IMG/VR virus record: IMGVR_UViG_3300033741_000108
Coordinates: 38,531-102,530 of that record
Strand: one strand, 5' to 3'
DNA from: a virus
Taxonomy: Duplodnaviria; Caudoviricetes
DNA length: 64,000 nt
Each line of letters opens with the position of its first letter. Position 1 is the first letter of the stretch. The translations under genes were made by a program, and so were the position numbers. The notes beneath the pieces were generated by a model. It had not been told where the DNA came from. It was given only the letters and a program-made list of their open reading frames with translations, and did no database searches. Positions 1 to 10,281 of the stretch are shown piece after piece.

Positions 1-49
1 TCACCATTTTATAAGGAATTTTTCGAGGGAGCTTTTTAAGGAGGGTAAA

Positions 50-433
50 ATGAAATTTACAAGTGAAGAATTATTAGATCAACTAGGTTTAGGGGTTGGC
101 GATAAAATAAATATTGAAGGTTTTTGTGATAATCCATGTACAATCATAAACACACATCATATTAGAAGTAAAGATGGGTCTATTCTTAATTTATATTTAT
201 TATTAGATGAAGATTTTAAGGTAGTAGAAGATAAAATTTGGTATATTGATGAAATTGAAAATGGAGATGTGTATTATTATTTAGACCAATACTTTAATAT
301 ATGCAGAGATGAATACGGGGAACCCTATTATCATAGAATGTTAATAATGAATGGTGTGTCATTTAAAAAACGAAGATATGCTGATGAATATTGGGACGAG
401 TTACTGGATTTTAATGAAAAGTATAAAGAATAA
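50..433 (+). CDS. hypothetical phage protein; N-terminus paralogous to 37626-37844 and 453-608
   Basis: RBS ggaggg; MKFTSEELL..GDKI..NPCTI motif shared with paralogs. Confidence 0.8.
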   Translation: MKFTSEELLDQLGLGVGDKINIEGFCDNPCTIINTHHIRSKDGSILNLYLLLDEDFKVVEDKIWYIDEIENGDVYYYLDQYFNICRDEYGEPYYHRMLIMNGVSFKKRRYADEYWDELLDFNEKYKE

Positions 434-452
434 TTTAAAATAAGGAGGGAAT

Positions 453-608
453 ATGAAATATACTAAGAAAGATATATCAAAATTGTTTCAAGAAAAAAGT
501 GGTTTAAAAGCAGGCGATAGAATAAGTGTTAGATATTGGGGTGGAAACCCATATACAGTATCAGATGATTTTAAAATATCAAATAGCGAGGGGTACGTTG
601 AGAGATAA
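453..608 (+). CDS. small hypothetical protein (51 aa, MKYTKKDISKLF...), not in ORF track
   Basis: RBS aaggaggg; GDRI..NPYTV motif as in 37626-37844. Confidence 0.65.
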   Translation: MKYTKKDISKLFQEKSGLKAGDRISVRYWGGNPYTVSDDFKISNSEGYVER

Positions 609-638
609 TAGTGTTGTTGAGTATGATAGGGAGGATAT

Positions 639-851
639 ATGAATAAAGAAGATATAGTTATATTTAAATTTAGTAGAGATGAAACACCTATAGGTGATGT
701 TGTAGAATATTATAAAAATATTAAAGATGCTTTTGATGATAAAATTGTTGTCGCTATAGAAGATACTATGGGATTGTATGACATACATGGTAATGATTTG
801 TCTGATCATAATAGGGAGTTGCTAGAGGAAGCTATTAGTAAGTTTGAGTAG
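639..851 (+). CDS. hypothetical protein
   Basis: RBS ggagga, operon position. Confidence 0.7.
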   Translation: MNKEDIVIFKFSRDETPIGDVVEYYKNIKDAFDDKIVVAIEDTMGLYDIHGNDLSDHNRELLEEAISKFE

Positions 852-862
852 GAGTTGATGAT

Positions 863-1171
863 ATGTTTAAAACAGGTAAAATTTTATTTGGTAAACGAGG
901 AGAAGGTAAAACTACTGAGCTATTAAAGCTATTAAAAGACAATGATTGCTTGATAGTTTTTAATAAAAATATGGCTAGACACTATGATTCACTAATGCCA
1001 TATTGGATAGACGTTAAAGTTTTAAGTATTGGTGATAATTTACGAGGTTATGAATTTAATAATGTGTATATTGATAATGCTGATATTATTATGAGAAATG
1101 ATCCAGCAAAACTTGACTGGTTGATGAATGATAGTGGGTATAATGTAGCCTTGATGACTATGAGTATATAA
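863..1171 (+). CDS. small P-loop NTPase-like protein
   Basis: Walker A GKRGEGKTT; Walker B-like VYIDN; only 102 aa. Confidence 0.6.
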   Translation: MFKTGKILFGKRGEGKTTELLKLLKDNDCLIVFNKNMARHYDSLMPYWIDVKVLSIGDNLRGYEFNNVYIDNADIIMRNDPAKLDWLMNDSGYNVALMTMSI

Positions 1172-1183
1172 GGAGATGATAAG

Positions 1184-4100
1184 GTGAAGATAATAAAGAG
1201 AGATGGTAGTACTGTTGATTTTGACAGTAGTAAGATAGTAGAAGCGATTAAAGGGGCATGTTCAGAAACAGAATATAAAAATGATATAAACAAGATTAAT
1301 AAGATAGTTGATGAAATAGTTAAGGAAAATAAGTTCCATCATAATTTACAAGGTAGGTGGCTAAGTGTGGAAAATGTTCAAGACTTAGTCGAGTCATGGT
1401 TAATGGTTTATGGGATGTATGCAGAAGCCAAGAGGTATATTTTGTACAGAAGTGAGCAGTCTCAAAAAAGACACAAAGAATGGGATATGACAGATTTACA
1501 AAGAGATGTGTTGCACAGAAAATATATACATGATGGTGAAAATTTTAATGGTTTTATTAAAAGAGTTGGTAATAATGAACCAAAATTAATGAAGGCTATT
1601 AGAGATAGAAAATTTTTATTTGCTGGTAGAGTTTTAGATGGCAGGGGAAGTAAAGAACCAAAAACATATTCAAATTGTTTTGTATTACCAAGTCCAAAAG
1701 ATAATTTAGAGGATATATTTGATGTGGGTAAGCGAATGGCTATAACATACTCCCTCGGAGGTGGATGTGGTGTAAATTTAGAAAATCTTAGACCAAATGG
1801 TTCAGACACACATAATTCAGCTGAGAAGTCAACTGGTAGCGTTAGTTTTGGAAGTCTATATAGTTTTATTACTGGTTTAATTAGCCAAAAGGGGCGAAGA
1901 GGTGCTTTAATGTTAAGTTTACCTATTAGTCATCCAGATATAAAAGAATTTATAACAATAAAATCTGATTTAGATAAATTAACTAAGGCGAATATATCAG
2001 TTATGATTACAGATGATTTTATGGAAGCTGTAAGAGAATCTAATGATTTTACAACTTCATTTAAAGTCGAACATGATAATGGAGAGACAGAATTAATAGA
2101 GAAAACATATAATGCAAAACAATTGTTCAATACACTTGCAAAACAAAACCATGATTTTGCAGAACCAGGTGTTTTATATTGGGATAGAATAAATAACTGG
2201 TATTTGTTGAGTGAAGATACAGAATATAATTATGATTCAACGAATCCTTGTTTTACTGGTGATATGAAATTATTAACATCAGATGGGTACAAGACGTTCA
2301 AGGAATTGTCTGGTAACAATGTTGAGTTAATTAATAATGATGGTGAAAAAAGTAATGGCAGTGTTTGGAGTAATGGAATAAAGAATACCGTAGAAGTTAA
2401 ATTTTATGGTGATAAAGACCCAATCAAATGTACTGATGACCATGTGTTTATGACAAATGATGGGAAATCTTGTGAAGCGATAGAGTTGCAGGGCAAAAGA
2501 ATAATGCCATTTGTAAAAGTAAATAATGAAATTAATGAATATGTTAAATATGGATTTTTACAGGGTGATGGATGCTTAGGAAGACTAGATTCTGACGCAC
2601 ACAAAGGGCTTGAAATTAATCTTTCAAGTGATGATGGTGATGTTAGAGATTTGTTTGGTATAAAAAAACATGGTAGAACTGTGTATATAAATGGATATAA
2701 TGATATATTAAGTGAGCTTGGATTTTCTTCAAACAAATTGCCGACTAGAGACTTACCGCATACAATAAGGTTATGGGATGACAAAGATAAAAGAATGTTT
2801 TTAAAGGGTCTCTATTCTGCCAATGGATCTGTTATAAAGGGGTATAGAGTTGCCTTGAAGACAACTAATAAATATTTAGCCAAAGATGTAGTTGAATTGC
2901 TCTCTGGGTTTAATATTGAGGCATATATTACTACAAATAAATCACGCAAACAAAAATTTAGTAATGGAGTATATACAATGAAAGAGTCTTATGATGTTAA
3001 TATCTCAAGATATAATTCAATATACAAGTTTAGCGAACTTATTGGGTTCATACATTCATATAAGAATGAATCATTGTCTGATTTAATCATAGGAAAATCA
3101 CCTGTGGTATCATCTATTAAAGAAATAGGTGAAGAAGAGGTATTTGATTTTAATGAGCCGATTAATAATTGGGGTATAGTGGAAGGTGTAATTGCACATA
3201 ACTGTGCGGAAAAGCCTCTCCCAGCCAATTCAAATTGTCTCTTAGCCTCAATAAATTTATCAGCTCTAGTTGGTAATAAATTTGAGGACAATGCTAAGTT
3301 TAATTTTGATGAGTTTAGTGAGTTAGTAAAACTTGGCGTTATTCAATTAAATAAAGTATTAGACGAAGGCATAGATAGATTACCTTTTGAAGAAAATAAA
3401 CAATTTGGTAGAGATTATAGACCAATTGGTTTAGGCTATTTTGGCTATGGTGACATGTTAATTAAATTAGGTATGAAGTATGGATCAAAGGAAGCTTTAG
3501 AATTTACACATAAAGTTGGAGATAAAATGATTAAAGTAGCATTAGAAACTTCTGCTTTATTAGCGAAAGAACATGGTGCATTCCCTAAATTTAAATTAAA
3601 AGAAGTTTTAGAATCGCCATTCTTTAAAGAACACACTAATGATAAAATAACAAAGCTAGTTAAAGAACATGGGTTATATAATGCTGAGTTATTATCAATA
3701 GCACCAACTGGTAGTTTATCGCTATTAGCTGGGACATCCAGTGGAATTGAACCTATATATAAGATATCATATACTAGAAAAACTGAAAGTATATCAGAAG
3801 ATGGTGATGCTTATTATAAAGTGTTTACACCAATAGCTAGAGAGTATATGGATAAAACTGGTATAACTAATGAAGATGACTTACCAGATTATTTTGTTAC
3901 TTCTGGTGACCTAACAGCATTACAAAGAATCAAAACGCAGTCAGTATGGCAACACTATATTGATGCTAGTATATCATCGACTGTTAATTTGCATGAATCA
4001 GCTACAGTTGAAGATGTAAAAGATATATACATGTTAGCTTGGGAATATGGGTTAAAGGGTGTTACAGTATTCAGAGATGGCTGTAAGAGAGCTGGTATTC

Positions 4101-4300
4101 TTGGTAATCATGATAAAGATAAAAAAGACAAATCAGTTAAAGATATGTCAGTAGATGATTTACAATTAGAATTATCTATGAAATTAGAGAAAGAGTACAT
4201 TGATAATCCAGATGAATGTCCTAAGTGTGGTGGAGAGTTAAAACACGAAAATGGATGTGAACAATGTGTTGTATGTGGATGGAGTCCATGTTCAATATAA
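1184..4300 (+). CDS. nrdJ: class II (adenosylcobalamin-dependent) ribonucleotide reductase with N-terminal ATP cone, intein and C-terminal Zn-ribbon
   Basis: IIKRDGS ATP cone; SNCF, GGGCG, GRRGALM, AEPG, NPC/CAE, RPIGLG, IAPTG, SSGIEP, SISSTVN, LKGVTVFRDG; C-terminal CPKCG...CVVCGWSPC; no adjacent nrdB. Confidence 0.93.
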   Translation: MKIIKRDGSTVDFDSSKIVEAIKGACSETEYKNDINKINKIVDEIVKENKFHHNLQGRWLSVENVQDLVESWLMVYGMYAEAKRYILYRSEQSQKRHKEWDMTDLQRDVLHRKYIHDGENFNGFIKRVGNNEPKLMKAIRDRKFLFAGRVLDGRGSKEPKTYSNCFVLPSPKDNLEDIFDVGKRMAITYSLGGGCGVNLENLRPNGSDTHNSAEKSTGSVSFGSLYSFITGLISQKGRRGALMLSLPISHPDIKEFITIKSDLDKLTKANISVMITDDFMEAVRESNDFTTSFKVEHDNGETELIEKTYNAKQLFNTLAKQNHDFAEPGVLYWDRINNWYLLSEDTEYNYDSTNPCFTGDMKLLTSDGYKTFKELSGNNVELINNDGEKSNGSVWSNGIKNTVEVKFYGDKDPIKCTDDHVFMTNDGKSCEAIELQGKRIMPFVKVNNEINEYVKYGFLQGDGCLGRLDSDAHKGLEINLSSDDGDVRDLFGIKKHGRTVYINGYNDILSELGFSSNKLPTRDLPHTIRLWDDKDKRMFLKGLYSANGSVIKGYRVALKTTNKYLAKDVVELLSGFNIEAYITTNKSRKQKFSNGVYTMKESYDVNISRYNSIYKFSELIGFIHSYKNESLSDLIIGKSPVVSSIKEIGEEEVFDFNEPINNWGIVEGVIAHNCAEKPLPANSNCLLASINLSALVGNKFEDNAKFNFDEFSELVKLGVIQLNKVLDEGIDRLPFEENKQFGRDYRPIGLGYFGYGDMLIKLGMKYGSKEALEFTHKVGDKMIKVALETSALLAKEHGAFPKFKLKEVLESPFFKEHTNDKITKLVKEHGLYNAELLSIAPTGSLSLLAGTSSGIEPIYKISYTRKTESISEDGDAYYKVFTPIAREYMDKTGITNEDDLPDYFVTSGDLTALQRIKTQSVWQHYIDASISSTVNLHESATVEDVKDIYMLAWEYGLKGVTVFRDGCKRAGILGNHDKDKKDKSVKDMSVDDLQLELSMKLEKEYIDNPDECPKCGGELKHENGCEQCVVCGWSPCSI
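2249..3202 (+). mobile_element. intein (318 aa) with LAGLIDADG endonuclease in nrdJ
   Basis: Starts CFTGD after NP, ends AHN before C; block B CTDDHVF; motifs YGFLQGDG and FLKGLYSANG. Confidence 0.93.
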
Positions 4301-4308
4301 TTAATACT

Positions 4309-4339
4309 AAGATAGGCATTAAATTGTCTATCTTTTTTT
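4309..4339 (+). terminator. intrinsic terminator after nrdJ
   Basis: aagataggca/tgtctatctt stem plus T-tract. Confidence 0.8.
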
Positions 4340-4424
4340 ATTTAAATAAACTTCTTGACTTTTTTAAAAAAATATGATAATATTGTATTGAGGAATATTA
4401 GTTAGGTTATAGGGGAGGAAGTAT

Positions 4425-5375
4425 ATGGCTAAAAATTTAAGGGAAGAAAGAATTGGTGAAATTAATACTAACAAACAGGGGTGTTCTATGAAGATAATTG
4501 AGTACAACAAAGCAATTGATATATTTGTTGAATTTCAAGACGATTACAGAAGCATAGTACATACAGCATATTCTGCATTTTCTAAAGGTAAAGTTAGAAA
4601 TCCAAATCGCAGATTGGGTGAAACAAGCATTAATAATCAAGGTTGTGAGATGGTAATAGTAGAATATAACAATTGTGATGACATATATGTTGAGTTCAAT
4701 GATAAATACAAATATAGAGCCCATGCACAATATCATGATTTCATAGAAGGTGGAGTTAAGAATTTATATCATCCAAATGTTTGTGGTATGGGGTTCCTAG
4801 GTGATGGTAAACATATATCATCTGAAAATAATAAAAATACTAAAAAATATGATACATGGAGCAACATGTTGCATAGGGTGTACAATAAAGATATACGCAA
4901 GAAATTACCTTCGTATGAGGATTGCCAAGTCTGCAAAGAATGGCATAATTTCCAAAATTTTGGCAACTGGTTTGATGAAAATTATTATATTATAGGTGCT
5001 AGCGATAATATGGCTTTAGACAAAGATATATTAGTAAAAAATAATAAAAAATATAGCCCAGATACCTGTGTTTTTGTACCAAAGAGTATAAACTCACTAT
5101 TTACTAGAAGGGAATCGTCAAGAGGTGATACGCCTATAGGTGTATATTATAGGGAAGATAATAATAAATATAGGGCTCTTTGTTGCAACCAATTAATTGG
5201 TGATAAGCCCAAACAGATAAAATTGGGGCAATTTGATAATCAAAGACAGGCTTTTTTAACATATAAACAATACAAGGAGAAGCACATAAAAGAAGTGGCA
5301 GATTATTATAAATCAAAAATACCTGAAAGTCTTTATGATGCTTTATATGATTACAAGGTAGATATTACAGATTAA
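4425..5375 (+). CDS. putative homing endonuclease (HNH-like core, duplicated N-terminal repeat, C-terminal AP2-like domain)
   Basis: Two NxQGCxMxIxEYN repeats; W..ML.R.Y, WHNFQNF, LDKDIL, YSPDTC; IGVYY..KYRA..LGQF. Confidence 0.75.
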   Translation: MAKNLREERIGEINTNKQGCSMKIIEYNKAIDIFVEFQDDYRSIVHTAYSAFSKGKVRNPNRRLGETSINNQGCEMVIVEYNNCDDIYVEFNDKYKYRAHAQYHDFIEGGVKNLYHPNVCGMGFLGDGKHISSENNKNTKKYDTWSNMLHRVYNKDIRKKLPSYEDCQVCKEWHNFQNFGNWFDENYYIIGASDNMALDKDILVKNNKKYSPDTCVFVPKSINSLFTRRESSRGDTPIGVYYREDNNKYRALCCNQLIGDKPKQIKLGQFDNQRQAFLTYKQYKEKHIKEVADYYKSKIPESLYDALYDYKVDITD

Positions 5376-5402
5376 AAAACTTCAAATAAACAAAATTAAC
5401 CC

Positions 5403-5431
5403 TTGACATGATATAACATTTAATGTACTAT
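5403..5431 (+). promoter_or_regulatory. SigA-type promoter
   Basis: TTGACA-17-TACTAT. Confidence 0.75.
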
Positions 5432-5481
5432 GTATTTAGAAGATAATAAATGCACAGCAAAGTAGAAAAGGAGAGATAGTT

Positions 5482-6264
5482 ATGAAAAAGAATTTTAAGT
5501 ATTATTTAAACAAAACTGTAAAAATAATTAAAAATATGTTACTAGGATTTGGAGTTATATTTATCATATTAATTGCATTAATGATTAAAGATGGTGAATT
5601 TAATGATAACAAGTCAGAAAATATACCACACAAAGATGAAAATACTACAATATCAAATGAAGAAATAGTCACAAAAGAAGATAAAGATAAATCAATACAT
5701 GTAATTGAAGAAGACGAGAGTATTCCTGTGGATGTAGTAGCAAGCCAGTCAGTATTAATTGCTAAGGCATTAAATGTAAATAATAATAAGAAGAGTGTAG
5801 ATGTAGCCGATATTGCAGATGATACAAGTGAGTTAGATTTAACTAATGAGACAAATGAAGAATCTGATGCATACAAAAATGTTGTTGGATTCATTGAAGA
5901 CGTCAAAGAAACAAAAAATATGATTACGAATAACAGGGATTATAATAAAGATGATTTGGATGAATTTCCAATCAGTTATCTCTATAATTTAAAAGAGGCG
6001 AATGGGCGTAATTTTAGTGAAAAATATAATCTAAAAATGATGATCGTAACTGGGAAAATTGACAGTATAGAATTAAGTGGTAATATTATACTAATTAGTA
6101 AAGATGAAGATTGGTCTTATGATGAGATGTACTGTGAAACAGTAAAAGGTATTGATGTTAGTAATATTTATAAAGGTGATACAATATCTGTAACAGGTGA
6201 ATTATCATTTGACTGGCTTGGTCGTTTAAAATTTATGGTTTACGAAATAGATGAAATGCAATGA
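5482..6264 (+). CDS. membrane-anchored protein with C-terminal OB-fold (tRNA_anti-like)
   Basis: N-terminal TM helix, acidic linker, KY..IVTGKIDSI..KGDTISVTG. Confidence 0.6.
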   Translation: MKKNFKYYLNKTVKIIKNMLLGFGVIFIILIALMIKDGEFNDNKSENIPHKDENTTISNEEIVTKEDKDKSIHVIEEDESIPVDVVASQSVLIAKALNVNNNKKSVDVADIADDTSELDLTNETNEESDAYKNVVGFIEDVKETKNMITNNRDYNKDDLDEFPISYLYNLKEANGRNFSEKYNLKMMIVTGKIDSIELSGNIILISKDEDWSYDEMYCETVKGIDVSNIYKGDTISVTGELSFDWLGRLKFMVYEIDEMQ

Positions 6265-6283
6265 ATTAATTTTATAAAAGGAG

Positions 6284-6517
6284 ATGAATAAAATGAAAAT
6301 GAAAACAGTTAGCGAAGTGTTAATAGTCTATGGTGTAACAAATGACTATGTCGAGCAACAATTATATACTACTGGGGTGTCTGGTGTAGAGAAAATATTA
6401 TGGGCTGACCCGTCTGAAAATAATGGATTAAGCTTTTGTAAAGTCTACGTATCTGACGAAATAATATTTATATCCAATCCAACTAAAGTTTTTTATAGTG
6501 TAGAGGAGGAAAACTAA
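6284..6517 (+). CDS. hypothetical protein
   Basis: ORF with RBS in co-directional cluster. Confidence 0.65.
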   Translation: MNKMKMKTVSEVLIVYGVTNDYVEQQLYTTGVSGVEKILWADPSENNGLSFCKVYVSDEIIFISNPTKVFYSVEEEN

Positions 6518-7146
6518 TGGATTATTATGGAACACCAGAGGAACATATAAAAAAACTAGAGCGTAGAGTTAAAAATTTAATTAAAAATAACAGAAAACTA
6601 CAAGAGGAAAACAAAGGTTTAACAAATAATCTATCTGATGCTGAGTTTAAAATTAAAACTGAGTTAGAGCCTAGAATTAAACAAGAAGAAAGATCATATG
6701 ATAATTGGGCTACTAGTCCCACCAAAGGTATGGATGATTGCATGCAGGATTGTTCACGATGTATGAATACTGAATGTGAAGGTCATTGGGAATATTGGGT
6801 AGAAGAACAACATGTAGATATTGATTTTTGTCAAGATGAGTTAGAAAATTTACATCACAAAACATTGACATATTTAAGATTGAAAGATGAAGGTATATTC
6901 TCACATTATGAAGATATAATAAATGACTTGATTGATGTATATGATATAAAATATGAAGATTTATTTAGAGAGATAAATTTATCTGATTTAAATGATTACT
7001 ATTATTATTTTGTTAAAATATATGATTCATATTTAGGTGATTCATATTATATAAAAGATTTTAATGATGACAGGGAAAATTTAAATGAGTATGATGGTAT
7101 TTATGTTATTAGTGATAAATATTTAGACTATATAAATAGACTATAA
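6517..7146 (+). CDS. hypothetical protein, N-terminal coiled coil
   Basis: RBS gaggag; overlapping stop/start. Confidence 0.75.
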   Translation: MDYYGTPEEHIKKLERRVKNLIKNNRKLQEENKGLTNNLSDAEFKIKTELEPRIKQEERSYDNWATSPTKGMDDCMQDCSRCMNTECEGHWEYWVEEQHVDIDFCQDELENLHHKTLTYLRLKDEGIFSHYEDIINDLIDVYDIKYEDLFREINLSDLNDYYYYFVKIYDSYLGDSYYIKDFNDDRENLNEYDGIYVISDKYLDYINRL

Positions 7147-7156
7147 GGAGGAAAAA

Positions 7157-7360
7157 ATGAATTTAATTTTTACAATAACATGTCCACATTGCTATAATCC
7201 TACAAGTATATCATCGATACTATTTATGGATAATAAGAATAAAATTATCGATGTCGAAACACTACAATATACATTACCAGATACATATGTGTGTAATAGT
7301 TGTGGTGAAGACTTTAATGTTGATATTGAAGTTAATGTAGAGGAGGATAATAATGAATGA
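7157..7360 (+). CDS. small Zn-ribbon protein
   Basis: CPHC...CNSC. Confidence 0.7.
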   Translation: MNLIFTITCPHCYNPTSISSILFMDNKNKIIDVETLQYTLPDTYVCNSCGEDFNVDIEVNVEEDNNE

Positions 7361-7568
7361 TAAATTTAAATTGATTAATTTTAAAAAGTTTTGGGTTTCA
7401 TTTGATTTACGATTTCATAATTCGAAATCAGATTACTTTGGTCTTGGATTGTTATTAGGCACATATGGAAAGAGTATAATTGATAATCATATACAATTTA
7501 GAATAAGCTTATGGTTGGTATTGGTGAGTTTTGAAGTAGTTATCAATAAAAACGGGATGGAGGAATAA
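7353..7568 (+). CDS. hypothetical protein
   Basis: RBS gaggag. Confidence 0.65.
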   Translation: MNDKFKLINFKKFWVSFDLRFHNSKSDYFGLGLLLGTYGKSIIDNHIQFRISLWLVLVSFEVVINKNGMEE

Positions 7569-7570
7569 TA

Positions 7571-7966
7571 ATGAGTCATATAATAAATAAACTTACGCAA
7601 TTAAGATTTTTAACTAATAAATCACACACAATAAAAGAATTAGATATAGATATTTTATCAGAGAGAATATCTATCACAGTACAAAGTAATAAAATAATGG
7701 CTTCATATGATAATGGGGTATGGGGTTTTGGTCATAGTACAACACATTATATAGATGATAGTATTGAATATTACACATTTGGATTTAAGGCAATCGACAA
7801 ATCAATTGAATTTGTCAAAGAGGTTATAATGAATGAATTAGATAATAGCTATACAAAATCAAATGATATAGCAGACTTAGATATAACTTCAAAAGAGGCT
7901 AGAATAAGAATTGGTAGTGCATTAAAAATTATTTCAAAACGTTTAAAAAGTGGGATGGAGGAGTAA
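7571..7966 (+). CDS. hypothetical protein
   Basis: RBS ggagg. Confidence 0.7.
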   Translation: MSHIINKLTQLRFLTNKSHTIKELDIDILSERISITVQSNKIMASYDNGVWGFGHSTTHYIDDSIEYYTFGFKAIDKSIEFVKEVIMNELDNSYTKSNDIADLDITSKEARIRIGSALKIISKRLKSGMEE

Positions 7967-7967
7967 A

Positions 7968-8147
7968 ATGAACTGCAAAACATGCAAAAACAAAGGCACT
8001 ATGGATTATGCAGACTTAGTATGTGCTCCTGCATTTGCTAGTTGTTGTTTAATACTAGATTGGTGTTTAAAATACAAGCAAGAGATAGGCTATATAAATC
8101 AGTTTAAAGATGACTTTAGCGATTGTTATATACCTAAGGAGGATTAA
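7968..8147 (+). CDS. small Cys-rich hypothetical protein (start moved to ATG 7968)
   Basis: RBS ggaggag; CKTC. Confidence 0.6.
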   Translation: MNCKTCKNKGTMDYADLVCAPAFASCCLILDWCLKYKQEIGYINQFKDDFSDCYIPKED

Positions 8148-8148
8148 A

Positions 8149-8373
8149 ATGAATAAAAAACAAAAACAACAAATATATAATTTCTGTAGTAAACATGCAG
8201 ACTTGATAAATGCAAGAATAATAGCAAGAGTATCATTTGCAGAATCAACTAGAACGAACGCAACATATTATGAGGAGTATTACCATCTATTCCTAAGCTA
8301 TTATTTCATATTCACATTAAAAAAAGATGGCGATTACAATGATAGTATTATAGAGGTATATATTGGGAGATGA
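8149..8373 (+). CDS. hypothetical protein (start moved to ATG 8149)
   Basis: RBS aggagg. Confidence 0.65.
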   Translation: MNKKQKQQIYNFCSKHADLINARIIARVSFAESTRTNATYYEEYYHLFLSYYFIFTLKKDGDYNDSIIEVYIGR

Positions 8374-8379
8374 TAGTTA

Positions 8380-8583
8380 ATGAAAAATAAATTTGAGTTA
8401 CTATGTCCAAAGTGTGGGGACAAAGTTGAAATAAGCAAATATAATTATACAGATTTAAGAAATAGTTATTGGGTGTCTAATGGATATGGGAATACAGAAA
8501 ATAGAGAAAAAATCATTAGATGTACTGAGTGTGATTTTGAACAAAAAATTGAATTTACTTCATACAAAGGAGGTATAGATTAA
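8380..8583 (+). CDS. small Zn-ribbon protein
   Basis: CPKC...CTEC. Confidence 0.7.
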   Translation: MKNKFELLCPKCGDKVEISKYNYTDLRNSYWVSNGYGNTENREKIIRCTECDFEQKIEFTSYKGGID

Positions 8584-8584
8584 T

Positions 8585-8830
8585 ATGACAGGAATATATT
8601 GCGAAGTATCTAAAAACAACTACGATGTCAAAATGAAATTCCTATATGTATTAGATGAATGTGTACTCAGCAAAGAGAAACTATATAATATACTATATGA
8701 AATTTATGGTATCAAACATGTAAAAATATTAGATGAGTTTGAGTATAAAAATAAAAGAGAATTAGATATTAAATATACAGGGTATATTAATTTAACAACT
8801 ATATGGAAAGATTATCAAAGTAACTCTTGA
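8585..8830 (+). CDS. hypothetical protein
   Basis: RBS ggaggt. Confidence 0.65.
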   Translation: MTGIYCEVSKNNYDVKMKFLYVLDECVLSKEKLYNILYEIYGIKHVKILDEFEYKNKRELDIKYTGYINLTTIWKDYQSNS

Positions 8831-8854
8831 CAAGCAAGATCAATGTGATATAAT
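8827..8854 (+). promoter_or_regulatory. SigA-type promoter overlapping upstream TGA stop
   Basis: TTGACA-16-TATAAT with extended TG. Confidence 0.7.
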
Positions 8855-9000
8855 AAAGTTAGCAGGTAATCAAATGGTATAGGAGGCACACACAGGTATA
8901 TACAGGTACATTCTAGAGGTTTTTAGCACTTACTGGTACAAGCACACCTTGAGGTATAAAAAGCTCTTAGATGGACTATATGAAATTGAAAGGAGGAATT

Positions 9001-9315
9001 ATGTATAGTATTTTAACATCTTTATTTGTGTTTGTTGGACTCTTATTTATAGCATTCTTTATCATTGACAAGGCAACAAATAATGATAAAGATACTAATA
9101 AAGAGGATGATAATATAATACACTTTATTTATAAAGACAATCTATTAGAAGGATATAAATTAAAAGATTTTATTATTGATGGTAGTATATATGCATCTGG
9201 ACATTATGTTGAAGTATCACAAGATATAGTTTATGAGTATGAATTAAAAGGAAATGTGATGAAGGTATATTATGATGATATAGTTTATAGATATAAAGAA
9301 AAAAGTAATTCTTGA
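9001..9315 (+). CDS. membrane-anchored hypothetical protein (start moved to 9001)
   Basis: RBS aggagg; N-terminal TM. Confidence 0.7.
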   Translation: MYSILTSLFVFVGLLFIAFFIIDKATNNDKDTNKEDDNIIHFIYKDNLLEGYKLKDFIIDGSIYASGHYVEVSQDIVYEYELKGNVMKVYYDDIVYRYKEKSNS

Positions 9316-9340
9316 CAAGATCAAATAAAAATGGTACTAT
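9312..9340 (+). promoter_or_regulatory. SigA-type promoter overlapping upstream TGA stop
   Basis: TTGACA-17-TACTAT. Confidence 0.7.
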
Positions 9341-9367
9341 ATAATTAGTAGATGAGAGGAGAATAGT

Positions 9368-9682
9368 ATGAATGAAAACAAAGTAGTAAATTATAAAGTT
9401 GAAAATGCGGGTTTATGGTTTAATGCAGATGCTAGACAAATTAATTTAAGATTACAATTTTCAAATGTAGTTGTTAGTATAAAATTAGATTCAAATCAAC
9501 ACGAAAACCTCAATAAATTATTTGAATTATCAGAGGTATTTGGTATTTATGATTGTAATGGAACATTTGTAAAAGAAATCACAGGCAAATTTTGTAGGTT
9601 AGAAATCGAAAATGATATGCCTATTAAAATTATGCACATTGTAGACAATTCAATTGAAATTGAAATTAACAAGGATAGGTGA
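9368..9682 (+). CDS. hypothetical protein
   Basis: RBS gaggag. Confidence 0.7.
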   Translation: MNENKVVNYKVENAGLWFNADARQINLRLQFSNVVVSIKLDSNQHENLNKLFELSEVFGIYDCNGTFVKEITGKFCRLEIENDMPIKIMHIVDNSIEIEINKDR

Positions 9683-9688
9683 TAAATA

Positions 9689-9928
9689 GTGGTTATGGGT
9701 AAAATGTTACTGGAATTGGTAGAATGTAAATTAAAAAAATTTGGGATAAATAAAAATGATATGTTTTATCTTGAAGGGCACAAATATGGTTTAATTTATT
9801 ATGACGGGAAAAAGTTTATGCAAAAATATTCAATGGATGATGAATACTATGAGTTATTTGAAGATGATATAATTTTATATATACTAGATTCTAAATTGGT
9901 AAAGGTAGATGAGAGGAGGACAAAATGA
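9689..9928 (+). CDS. hypothetical protein
   Basis: co-directional ORF. Confidence 0.6.
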   Translation: MVMGKMLLELVECKLKKFGINKNDMFYLEGHKYGLIYYDGKKFMQKYSMDDEYYELFEDDIILYILDSKLVKVDERRTK

Positions 9929-10272
9929 AATTTTGGAGTAAGTTAATTTCAATTATAATAGTATTTACATTTCTTTTAATATTTATGACTAATGGGTCAC
10001 CACGAACTAGTATGAGTGATGGACAAACATCACAAGACGCATACTATATGTGTCATCAATCAGTTGAAGCACAGCTAAAAAATCCAGACAGTGCTAGTTT
10101 TGAATCATATTCCACAGCACATGTTATAGAAACATCAGATAATAATTGGGAGATAACAGCAGAAGTTACTAGTGAGAATAGTTTTGGTGGTAGAGTAACA
10201 AACACTTTCTTTACAACTGTTGAATACAGAGATGATAATTGGTATGGCGGTAGAGTAGTATTTTTAGATTAG
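9925..10272 (+). CDS. secreted or membrane-anchored hypothetical protein
   Basis: signal/TM segment; LKNPDSASF...SENSFGG. Confidence 0.7.
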   Translation: MKFWSKLISIIIVFTFLLIFMTNGSPRTSMSDGQTSQDAYYMCHQSVEAQLKNPDSASFESYSTAHVIETSDNNWEITAEVTSENSFGGRVTNTFFTTVEYRDDNWYGGRVVFLD

Positions 10273-10281
10273 GAGGATAAG

